Origin: Paraspadella gotoi
Lineage: Eukaryota; Animalia; Chaetognatha
NCBI GenBank assembly: GCA_051294375.1
Contig: CM119267.1
Location: forward strand, 8,656,843 to 8,720,842
Direction: 5' to 3'
DNA: 64,000 nucleotides
The first letter of the stretch is position 1; each line of letters starts with the position of its first letter. The notes beneath the pieces are model-generated. The model searched no databases, was not told the DNA's origin, and saw only the letters and a list, made by a program, of their open reading frames with translations. The translations under genes were made by a program, and so were the position numbers. Shown piece after piece: positions 52,981-64,000 of the stretch.

Positions 52981-55389
52981 CCAATTTCAAAATAAAAATC
53001 TGATGCTTTGATTCGTTGGCTCCACCGGAGTCTCGCGTGGGCGGGAACGCTCGATTTTCGCGTGCGACAGAATGTTGGCCGGAAGAGGATAACAAACGTC
53101 AAAACAACTGACAAAAAATAATGGTTTTAACAAAAGTATAATCTCATTTAAGTACGAACATACTGAACGGCACGTAAATAAATCCTCTCGTGTTCCAAAT
53201 TTTCCCGCAATTCCGCCGAGTGGGAAATCCGCCCAAAACCGATAGAGTTGCCAGTGGCGGCGCCGCAACTGATGCCACTTCGGACCCAAGATGCAATGAT
53301 TGCTCCTTGTCTTCGATGCCGTCGTGGTCGTGCTAGACGTTGCCCTTGGCGTCATAAGATTCGTCGCTTTCGTCTTCGTGGTCGTCGTCGTTGTCTTCGA
53401 ATTCTCTCCCCCTTCCTCGGCCATCGTCTCGTGGGACTTTTTTCTCTTGTATTAGAAAAGCAGAAAAAAAATGTTTGAAAAAAAAATCCATTTCGTTGGC
53501 ATCAGCCGATCGGGAAATAAGGGAAGGAGAATCCGGCGTCGCGACCGGGAATTTAAAAGTAAAAGGAAGGAAATGGCGGAAAGAAGCCTTGAGGCCGCAT
53601 GAAGGCCAATTTGGGGAGAAAAAAAACCCGGCACGAAAAACGAAGTGCGTCTAGGATGAATGGAACGAGGAGAACTTACCAAAGTAAGTAAAGACGGTAC
53701 GAATGGCCTTAAGGAAGACTCATCTTAGTGGTTTAACGGAAAGAGAAATTAAAAGATTCACAACAAGAAAAACTCTTTCCTCTTTTTTTTTTTAACGAGA
53801 TGCTTTTCCGTCGAACGCGGGACAATTGCACTTGGGCGGAACTGCCGCTCCTTAAATCCGAACAAAGGGGGCACCGTTGAGACACAACACCGGCGCATGG
53901 ATGAGACGCCTCAAAGGGAAGAAGGTTTTTTTTGCGCGGGACGAAGCGGAGGCTCGGGCGACCCTCCAATCTTTTTATTTACTTTTTCCCTTTTTTTTTC
54001 TTTTTTTTTCGTTTAGTTATAAATCGGTTCTTTTTTCCATTAGAAAGAAAAACATGACGTCCTTAAACAATTCGGCTTTGAGTTCGGAGACGCATCGTTG
54101 CATCCTGTTGCATCTTTATAGCGACATAATTCTATAATTCATTAATCAATAATAATAGTGTATCTAAATGAATCATTAATTTAAAAAAAAAACGAAACGA
54201 AATTCAAAGGAGTTTTATGGTAAAACTAATAAACTTTTTACCATAAATTCATTTTCGTTTTTTACACTTCTTTTGAAATCAAACCTCCTATCTGTTTTTA
54301 TCAACTCTCACTTCCATTTTCTTCCCCCCCTAGCCCCCCCCTAATTCTACCCCCCGTCTTCCACGATATTCTTTCCCCCTTTTCTTTCTCGCAGCCCCCC
54401 CCCCGAACCTCCGAGAGTCGATTCTTTATTTATTCCGTTCGACTTCCTAAGGCCCGAGTTATGGATCTTCGTAATGGCGGAGGGGCGGAGTCGGCGGATG
54501 GCGCCGGCGCCAGAAATGGAAAGGGGGGGTGGGGGCGAAAAGGGTTGGAACCCGGCCGATGAAAAAAAAAAAGGGAAGATCCCAATATCAATTTAAAAGA
54601 TTTTTTTTTCTCGATTGGTAAAGGGGGAGAAGCGGACGGAGGGAGAGCCGACCCGAGACGACGCCAATGTTAATTTTTTTTCTTTCTCAAACTTATACGG
54701 TATAGTATAATTGATAAATAATTACTAGACAGCGACGAGGCGATCAAAAACACAAAGAGTGGATTTAAATCCAACTCTAATTGATACAACGAAGATTGAA
54801 GTTCAATGGCAATGGAACTCTAATTAGTTGGCGCGAAAAAAAAAAACAAACAAATGGCATCAATGGAACCGAAAGAAGAAACGAGGATTTAGAGGCGGAG
54901 AAAATCGATGGCGCCTCTGGGATCGAGGAGACCAAGTCCCTGGGCGGAGAGACGTCGATGAAGGAGATGGCGAGATTCGAAATAGAAGGATGATGATGAT
55001 GACGATGATGATGACGATGATGATGACGATGACGATGATGATGATGATGATAATCTTAGTCTATGGTTTTTTATGGTGGTTAATTTCTGGGTAATTGCAT
55101 GTTTTTGTTTTTGTTTTTTTTTTATGAATTGTATAAATATCATTAATTATATATTTCTTATTATCGTAACAAAAGTGTTTAATTCTTTACAAAAAGTATC
55201 TACAGTAAATGTAAATCAAAAATCCTGGTTCATCACATGGAAAATTCTCGGGGTAAAAATTCGTCATTTGTACTTAAGTATTATTATCAATAATTCGATT
55301 TCAAAAACGGTTACGTATTTTCAAACAAAAGATCAAAGTCCAATCTTTGTAATCTCTGATCGACCGCTTGAGTTTGCCGGGTTTAAAAT

Positions 55390-55490
55390 CGAAGAGAGAG
55401 AGAGAGCGAGAGAAAATTAAAAGAGAGATAGAGATAGCGAGAGAAAATTAAAAGATAGCGAGATAGCGAGATAGCGAGAAAGAATTAAAA
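55390..55490. repeat. Short degenerate minisatellite (gcgagagaaaattaaaa units with gatagcga spacers)
   Basis: Three related ~30-37 bp units seen directly. Confidence 0.7.
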
Positions 55491-56764
55491 GAAATTGATC
55501 CAAAACCGGGGCAGATTCTGCAGCATGCTGCTATTTCTGTTTTTTATTATCTCTGACGACGACATTGACCTTCCGATGAAGACCACTCATGAAGGGGAGA
55601 AAAAAATCAGCAGAGAAAGACGCTCAGAATAGCGTGACATTTATTGAATTTATCACTGTGATTGGTTGTGAGATTATGGGTGAAACAACAAGAGCTTGTC
55701 AGTAAGTCTGTCAGTCAGATTTTCAGCTAGACTCTCCGAAAAGCTATTAGCCGGACTCCATCAGATTTTCACTTATAAAACATGACGAGGGGGTATCAAA
55801 TATGAAGGTCGATCAAGATCGATTTTGATAACGATACTAAAAACAAGGGAGCACTGATATTCTTCGACTATAATATTATATTATAACTATAAAATCAGTC
55901 TGATATTTGTAATGCAATTTTTGGTTAGGCGAGTTCTCCGACTCAAAGTAGATAATTGTGATGGTAAAGAGTCTACGCCACAGTCAACCCTTTTTGAGGT
56001 CAAACAATGACCTGACCTCGCACCCGGAGAAACACCGGATCCTCCCCGCGCCGAGGCTGCTGCTTTTTGCTGCTGCTGCCGACTCTCCCTGACGCTGCCG
56101 CGAAGCGTGGAGGGTCGAGAATCACTCAGCAAAATTGGAAACGTTGGATGGATTGCTTTAATGCGTCACTAAGTCCAGTTACGCCCCATCAACGATCACT
56201 GTTTGTTAAGGAGACTGAGTTATGAATTAATTTGTGAACACTAAAAAAATATCAGTTGCACATTTTCATGTTTAGAACGCGTTTCGTTTCTTTACCGACT
56301 AGAGTATTCATTATTCAAATGTTTCTCGTCGACCAAAGATTAAAATGCATTTGGCGCCGGAATTGGTTTCCCGCCAAAAATCGAGAGGTGCAGAATCAAG
56401 GGCAAACTGACTTTGGCGGTGGATTGGGAGGGAGTGATACGTTTCTCGCGATTGGTTACTGAGGAGACGAGAGAGATGGTGAAATAGAATCCCTCGATTG
56501 GTTGAAATGGAAATGAGGAGCGACTCATTTCGGCGGGAAGGGAGCTCTTTCAACTTTTTTGACTTAATGAATAATTAATCAATTTTATAATTATTTTTTG
56601 TAAATAACAAGTATGGAATTGCCATGGTGTTTCTTAACGTCTCGATCGAATTTCGTAAAAATGGTTTAAATAATAATTTTTTAAATAAATTTAAGTATAT
56701 ATTTATTTGAATATTTAAAGAATATCTCGAAAAGAAGGCACATCATTTTTTTAGAAATTAAAAA

Positions 56765-56959
56765 ACTCTGGGAGTGAATAAACGAGACTGTGAGAGAGTC
56801 TTGATTGAAAGCTTGCAGGGACCTGCTATGTCATTATCTTGTAAGAGTGATGGAGGCCTTAAACCACCAAAGCCTGTCCAGTGTCCAAAGTCAGGGGCAA
56901 GATAGCTTATTTATTAAATGTATGGATAATTTTTATATTGGTTGTACCAATTTCATATA
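56765..56959 (+). repeat. Dispersed ~190-bp repeat, copy 1
   Basis: Reverse complement of 61156-61344 with few substitutions and one 7-bp insertion (actctgggagtgaataaacgagactg...gtaccaatttcatata). Confidence 0.9.
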
Positions 56960-57604
56960 AAAATATTAACACGAGTTAACTTTTCTACTCAATGTGACTT
57001 CATTTAACGCGAGGCGGTCCCGTCAATTTTTTTCAATCTTGTAACGTTGGCCCAGGTTTCTAGCAACCTCGATCAGCCACGAGAGGGGAAAGATTTTGGG
57101 ACTCAGATTCTTTTCAAGGAAAGGAGAAAATCTCGGTGCCCGAACAGAGAGAGAGAGAGACAGAGACGGCGGTTGGGGTGGAGGGCGTAGCGGCGGCGGC
57201 GGCTGAGGCGGTAAGGAGAAGGGGGGCGCAACGAAATTTTCCTTTCAACGAAAAAAATTTTTGAAAAGGAAAAAAAATCTTGAGCCGAGAAAAACTTGTG
57301 GGACGAAGGAACTGGGTTTCGTCGGGAAAATGGGGAAAAAAAACTGGCGAGGACGTCGAACCCGACAGCTAATTCAGAGATTCTAGCATCCGATCCTCGC
57401 CGTTCAACATCCAAAGCACGCCCTTTCACGACGCCCCATCGCCCTCGCCGCTCATAACAACACAAACCCCCTCCATTTACTGTCGAGGAAAAATATTTTT
57501 AGGAGGGAGATAAAAAAATCGAAACGGTTTCTTTCTTTCTTTCTCTCTCTCTCTCTCTCGTTCCCTTCTACTTTCTTTCTTCTCTCCTCTCTCTCCTCCT
57601 CTCT

Positions 57605-57635
<31 letters not shown>

Positions 57636-57779
57636 GTTCTCTTCTCTCTCTCTCTCTCCCTCTCTCCTTAGTCCGAGACGCGTTCGTCCGACCGGATCAA
57701 CTGCTTGGATGACCTTTGACCCGGAGACTCCATTTTTCAGTGCAATACCTCTCCNNNNNNNNNNNNNNNNNNNNNNNNN

Positions 57780-57812
<33 letters not shown>

Positions 57813-59599
57813 CACGATGACTGAGAAGACTTTTCGCGATCACAATTTATTTCGCATAAAGACTGGATCCGCATACAGTCTACAGTCAGTCGACTGTTCG
57901 CCTAGTAGGTTCGCAACAACTCTCACAACTGATGATGTAATTTAGATATCATACTTCACAAATCTATTCAACATTAATTTTGACTAGGGCCGCGATAAAC
58001 CTTAATTCCTCCCTTTGTTAAGGCCAATAATTAAGGCTACGTCAATTTTAAGAGGCTTTTTTTTTATTGTAATGATTATTTTCATTATGATGTATGCGTA
58101 AAAAATTAACTAAATAAAAAATTACAATGTACATTTTGAAAGAATTTGATTTAAAAGCGTAAGAAGTGGGAACCATGCACAATTGCACATTGCAATGCAT
58201 ATGAAGCCCTATTTGGTTGAATGTCGGAAAAAATTTAAAAAATCGATTTATCTGAATTCGAGAAATATTCAGAGTCAGCGGAATTCGACGCGAGAAGCTA
58301 ATTGGCGAATCCAATTTGCTAGAATTTTAAAATTCTGTCGGATGGTTTTGACGTTTGAGTGAGACGGGATCAACACATTAAGCGTAATTTGTCTTCAGAA
58401 ACAGTCTTCAGTCAGTGGACATTTCCCTGCACAGTTTTCTCTTTAAAAAGCTTGTCCCTCACGAATTCCCAATAAAGCCTGTCCAGCCCGTCCCTCTTTC
58501 TTTCTTTCTTTCTTTGTCTCTCTCTCTATATCTCTCTCTCTCTCATAGCTTTTCTNNNNNNNNNNNNNNNNNNNNNNNNNNNNNNNNNNNNNNNNNNNNN
58601 NNNNNNNNNNNNNNNNNNNNNNNNNNNNNNNNNNNNNNNNNNNNNNNNNNNNNNNNNNNNNNNNNNNNNNNNNNNNNNNNNNNNNNNNNNNNNNNNNNNN
58701 NNNNNNNNNNNNNNNNNNNNNNNNNNNNNNNNNNNNNNNNNNNNNNNCTCTCTCTCTCTCTCTCTCTCTCTGTTTTTTTTCGCCCACTACGATTGTAAAA
58801 GGTTGGCCGCCGAGGTTTTGTGATGGTGGAACGAGGAACTTCGTCGTCGTCGACATTGTCGTCGTCCTCCACGCCGTTCGTTATTGTCTTCATTAACAGT
58901 CGTTGTTGTTGTCATCCTTTCGATACGAAGGAGGGAATAAACGCCTCGCCCGCTTAGCAAAAAGAAAAAACACGGAGGAAACCCACGTCGTCTCGTCTCG
59001 TCGTCGTCGCAGGCTTCATGGTCATTCTCTCTTTGTACCACTCTTACTCTTTGACAAGATTCTCTCTTCTCCTACTCTTAGGGATAAGCATCGACTTTCT
59101 CACTCGTCGTCGTCGTCGTCGTCGTCATCGTCGTCGTTACGATGTGGCATGCCGAGGCGTTTATGTCGCGGTTCTTGTAATGAGAACTCCTTGGCCAAAC
59201 TACCTTAGATAAAGTGGGTAACTTTGAAACCTCGTGAAGAAAAGATTAATGTATGTATACATGTATTAAGTTAATTTAGTTTAATTTTCCCTTTCTTTAC
59301 TTTTCCTATATTTTTTATCTCGTTCTCATTTTTGTTGCTTTCGTGGTTTATTTTTTTTCAACTGNNNNNNNNNNNNNNNNNNNNNNNNNNNNNNNNNNNN
59401 NNNNNNNNNNNNNNNNNNNNNNNNNNNNNNNNNNNNNNNNNNNNNNNNNNNNNNNNNNNNNNNNNNNNNNNNNNNNNNNNNNNNNNNNNNNNNNNNNNNN
59501 NNNNNNNNNNNNNNNNNNNNNNNNNNNNNNNNNNNNNNNNNNNNNNNNNNNNNNNNNNNAAAATGTTTCTTCCGCCCGATAGAGGGCAAGTTGTTTTAT

Positions 59600-62500
59600 T
59601 TAAAACTCTTCTAACTAGCTCAGCTCCATATTTATTTATCTCTCAAGTTCGCTACTCCACAATTCCGCTTCACGAATTTCCCGCATCCCTAACACTTGAA
59701 CGATCGATTTTCTATCAAATTCAATCGCTCAGAATCGCGAGGCTTTCGTTCGAACTTTTCCTCATCGTCCAGAGTTGATCGAATATCGCGAGAACGGATC
59801 TCAGAGGGCGTGGTTTCGTTTCGTCGGCCAATGGAATCGTGCCGTAGTCCCAATTCGCTTAAGCCGACAGATAATTTGGGGATATTTCGTCAATTCCGTC
59901 TCTTTTCCTTTCAACTTAGCCAAAAAAAAACCAAAAAAAAAATATTTTGCATCGTCTCTATCGATAAAATCTTGAATTTCTTCTCACCTCTATCGATAAA
60001 ATCTTGAATTTCCTCTTCTCACTTATCCTTTGTTTCTCTTATTCAAATTTTTTAAGTTGCGCCGCGAGTAATCGCGGAGGCAATTCTANNNNNNNNNNNN
60101 NNNNNNNNNNNNNNNNNNNNNNNNNNNNNNNNNNNNNNNNNNNNNNNNNNNNNNNNNNNNNNNNNNNNNNNNNNNNNNNNNNNNNNNNNNNNNNNTAAGT
60201 CACTTTTCGGTCGGTCCGTCGGTATGTCTGTCCGTTGGTCTATCTTACTTAAGTTAAAAAAGCTTATAATTTGCCTATAATTGATTGTTCATTTGTTAAG
60301 ACAGAAAAAAACCTCAAATCTAAGAAACGAATTCCGAAAACTATAAGGAATGAAAAACGAATTTTGATGCAGTGCAAAAAAAGTTTGATAGTCACCTCAT
60401 ATCACATCATATGTAATCAAATCAATCGCATGAATATAAAATCACTGCGGCGCAACACATCGGAATTTCCGTTCTTGTTTTTTGTATTATTTTCTCCGTT
60501 CTCTTTCTCTCCTTCCCCTTTCCCCAGCCCGGTCAACCGTCGTGTCCCGACGCCAAGTCTCCTATACGTTTCTCACTCTCCTCCTCTTAATGGGATCCCT
60601 TCCTTCCTTCCTTCTCTTCTTACGCGAACCCAAGAGCCTTTTTTTTTTCTCCTTTCTCTCCCTTATCTCTCGTCTGTCATCGGCTTCGTCTCGCCTGGAC
60701 GCTCGTCCGTAGTGCTCTTACTTTTTTTTCCTTTTATTCTTTACTTTTTTTCTTCTTTTTTTTTTCACCCATCGTATGACCCTTTCGTACTTCTCCTCGC
60801 CCTCCACCGGCTCATTAAGATCTAACTTATCCTTTTTTATCTTGTCACCGCGTTCAACTCTGACTTACTCTCTTATCTCTTACTTCTTTGCTTTAGTTTA
60901 TCACTTCCCCCGTTTTATTTTTCATCCCGATGTTTTCTTTGTCTCTTTTTGGCATATTACTTTGCCTAGTCCTTTTAATCAATGCTCTTACTCAAAGCTT
61001 CATCATCGACCTTACCAAAATCCTGCCCCCACTTTCCCCGTGTCTTCTTCCGATCAATCAACGTGTCCACATTGGTCCGACTCAAATCAGCTTCCGCCGT
61101 GGATTAACTCATACAACTACAGACCGTTATATACATACATATATAATTATATATATATATGAAATTGGTACATCCAATATAAAAATTATCCATTCATTTA
61201 ATAAATAAGCTCTCTTGCCCCTGTCTTTGGACAGGCTTTGGTGGTTTAAGGCCTCCGTCACTCTTACAAGATAATGATATAGCAGGTCCCCTGCAAGCTT
61301 TCAATCAAGACTCTCTCACAGTCTCGTTTATTTACTCCCAGAGTACCTGGCTTCCCTATCAAAATCAATATATTATACATATACCTCACAATTTTTATTG
61401 TTTATTTATATATATTTTGATCGACCACTACAGCCAGCAACTATAACATACAGCAACAGCAATCAACTTCTCTTCTCAGTAACTTTCTAATCAGCAACTT
61501 CTTGTCATAAACGCCCTCTTGAGTTAAAATCACTCGCACCGCGGGGAGGGGACATCGTAGCCGTAAAATCGGCCTTCGCCTCGGGGGGTCGGATTAAAGT
61601 TTGCCATTGGGTCTTTTGACCAGATCGAGAGCCTGAAAAAATTTTCAATTGACCAAAGGCAATTTTTGAAACGGCTATTGTATTCGGAAACGTTCACGAA
61701 ATGTTTTCATAAAAGTTTAAATTGTTGATCAGATTCACTCAAATTATTAAGACTGTTGTGGCAGCAGCAGCTGCAGCCACAATGTCGTAATTTCGTTCGG
61801 CGAGGTCGAACGGCCACTTGAGGGTCGCTCACCTCAACCTTGCCTCGACCTTACCCTGCCTCGCCGAGTCACCCTATATTAAAAGAAGTTGCCATTTTCG
61901 TCGGGACGAAAGAAGTGACCAAAGCGTTTTTTAGCACCTTCCCCGAGGAAGCTCCGTTGATTAAACCGTCAAATCGCCGGAATAGTCTCACCTCAGTTCG
62001 TTTAATTTTATATTTTATTCTCCAATTACGTTCGTATTTAACTAAGATGTGTTAGTAATATTTTAATTAGCCTCCAATTTAGTAATTAACTTTCGTTCAA
62101 ATTTTGTCTCTCTAAATTTTCTCAGTTCCAAAGTTTAATATTTCATAGATTCCCAGGAACTCAGCGCCTATTTTGTAAACATTTTGTCTAAGTAGAATAA
62201 ACAAAGGAAGAGAGACGAGAGGGAGGCCGAGATTTTAGTACATTCAATTTTTAGATCTCAAGGGAGTAAGACGCAATATTTTAACAACTGTTTGATTTAT
62301 TAATACAACTTTGGCAATCTACAATTATTTCAGGTAACTTCAAAAAACTAATTAGACAGATTATGCATAATCCAGCTCTCTATCTGTCATCTATTGAGGG
62401 CCACAGGTCACGTTACCGACAGATGATTATACATCTTTTTCCACTTTTGGAGTTCTACCCGCTTTCCACTCGTTCCCAATTCCGTTTTTATCGCTCCTCA

Positions 62501-63632
62501 GTCCTCGCACATCATACCCATTGGGTATTACCCAATCATCCTGCTCCTTTTCCTTTCCTCCAAAAATTCTCAATGTTCTCGACTTTCGGCAAATTCGTTT
62601 CGAATCGGAGCGATTTGAAAATGGTTTCATTCTTCATCTTGTTTATATTGTGATGATTAATTTATAGAACTTTTTATAAATTCCTTAAATTTGTCAAAAT
62701 ACAATACAATATACAATACATTTTTTCTGATGTAAATAAAATGATAAGAGTTTCGTTTTTTTAATAATTATTTGTAGTAGATTTTTTAGTGAGGTTGGAG
62801 GGTGGGAGTTATTCGTTACTTTATATTTATTGTTTGATCTTGTCTATTCTGTCAATGTCAGTTGTCTTTCCATTATAACCTCTCTCTCTCTCTCTCTCTC
62901 NNNNNNNNNNNNNNNNNNNNNNNNNNNNNNNNNNNNNNNNNNNNNNNNNNNNNNNNNNNNNNNNNNNNNNNNNNNNNNNNNNNNNNNNNNNNNNNNNNNN
63001 NNNNNNNNNNNNNNNNNNNNNNNNNNNNNNNNNNNNNNNNNNNNNNNNNNNNNNNGGCGGCGGGAGGTAACTCGACGATGTTTTTGACGATCGATATAAA
63101 CATAAACATTAAACAAGATCAGCGGCGGCGACATCTCGCGGGAAGAGTTCTTATAAACAAATGCCCCCGCGGTGATGTTCTTCAGGCAGTGGGGAAGAGA
63201 AATCCTTTATAGAGTTTTAAAAGTTCATTGCATTTCAATCTTTGATGATGACTTTTTAAATTTCAATGTGAATTTGATCAAAATTGAGAATTTGAGGTAA
63301 ATCAATTTTGCGTATTCATTAGGATCTGAAAACACATGTTTATTGATTAAGTATATTTTATTATATCTAAAAGATGCATCAAGAATGTAAAAAAATTTCA
63401 GAAATTTTTTAAAGGTTAACCAAAAGGTAATCATTACGAAAAAAAAATCGAAAGTAGAGACTCGTTTTTCATTTAACCTGGACAATAATCGAAAGGCAAG
63501 TCTGCGGTCGAATTGGGACCCGACACGCAACGACTGCCCGACGTATCACCGCCACGGATCACCTCGCTCACCCACTTGATCACCCTCAATTTAGATTACA
63601 AACCGCGTTTCACCTACATCCCTTTATATCAA
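59600..63632 (+). CDS. Possible leucine-rich-repeat gene, fragmented by gaps and indels
   Basis: LRR-like pieces on +: PLHEFPASL and TIDFLSNSI (~59665-59730), IIDLTK / QLPPWINS (~61000-61110), VAHLNLAS (~61825), LNVLDFRQ (~62570). The best is PPRITSLTHLITLNLDYKPRFTYIP (63548-63623), matching LxxLxxLxLxx(N)xFxxIP. Confidence 0.35.
59956..60021. repeat. 32-bp tandem duplication
   Basis: ctctatcgataaaatcttgaatttc at 59956 and 59988. Confidence 0.9.
60050..60245. mobile_element. Possible Helentron-associated (HINE/DINE-1-like) non-autonomous element remnant, interrupted by a gap
   Basis: T-run followed by the nested inverted repeat agttgc-g-ccgcga-gtaa-tcgcgg-ag-gcaatt; after the gap a degenerate (GTCG/GTCC/GTCT)n tetramer tract. 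Confidence 0.3.
61156..61344 (-). repeat. Dispersed ~190-bp repeat, copy 2 (inverted)
   Basis: Reverse complement of 56765-56959. Confidence 0.9.
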
Positions 63633-64000
63633 NNNNNNNNNNNNNNNNNNNNNNNNNNNNNNNNNNNNNNNNNNNNNNNNNNNNNNNNNNNNNNNNNNNN
63701 NNNNNNNNNNNNNNNNNNNNNNNNNNNNNNNNNNNNNNNNNNNNNNNNNNNNNNNNNNNNNNNNNNNNNNNNNNNNNNNNNNNNNNNNNNNNNNNNNNNN
63801 NNNNNNNNNNNNNNNNNNNNNNNNNNNNNNNNNNNNNNNNNNNNNNNNNNNNNNNNNNNNNNNNGCCACGTCAGCAGGACGCAAACAACTTTTTTTTGTT
63901 TCAAATGTTATATATCATCTCAGTAGATTTGTCGTTTCTTTCTGCGACGTCGTTTCAAATAATTTTTTTCCCTTTTTTTTTTGTCCCACGTCTTTTTCGT

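Noticed and set aside
63056-63203. Minus-strand ISLPHCLKNITAGAF resembling a BspA-type LRR
   Set aside because: A single repeat on the strand opposite the better LRR evidence; cannot be extended.

Overview
This is eukaryotic, most likely invertebrate-animal, genomic DNA from a rough draft assembly. It is AT-rich, has GT-AG introns, is dense in (GA)n and (GAC)n microsatellites, contains 12 N-gaps, and shows many apparent indel errors. The first half (1-31.7 kb) is one ~11.8 kb locus present three times. Two copies are identical wherever compared (period 11,802) and the third differs by small indels, which most likely reflects gap-filling/scaffolding rather than biology. Comparing the copies reveals a spliced minus-strand gene of unknown family with a candidate 6-nt microexon. 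The unique half holds a ~226-bp fold-back MITE-like element and a clean two-exon stomatin/MEC-2-family gene (32977-34563, +). It also holds an intronless, divergent CTDNEP1/Dullard-like phosphatase (43690-44913, -) directly downstream of a same-strand multi-exon gene for a low-complexity protein. Further along are a ~190-bp repeat in two inverted copies and garbled fragments of a possible LRR gene. I found no rRNA, tRNA, CRISPR or autonomous transposon ORF. I cannot support a clearly novel system. The best leads are the Dullard-like retrocopy and its link to the upstream gene, the microexon gene and a GGCGTGGC motif excess.
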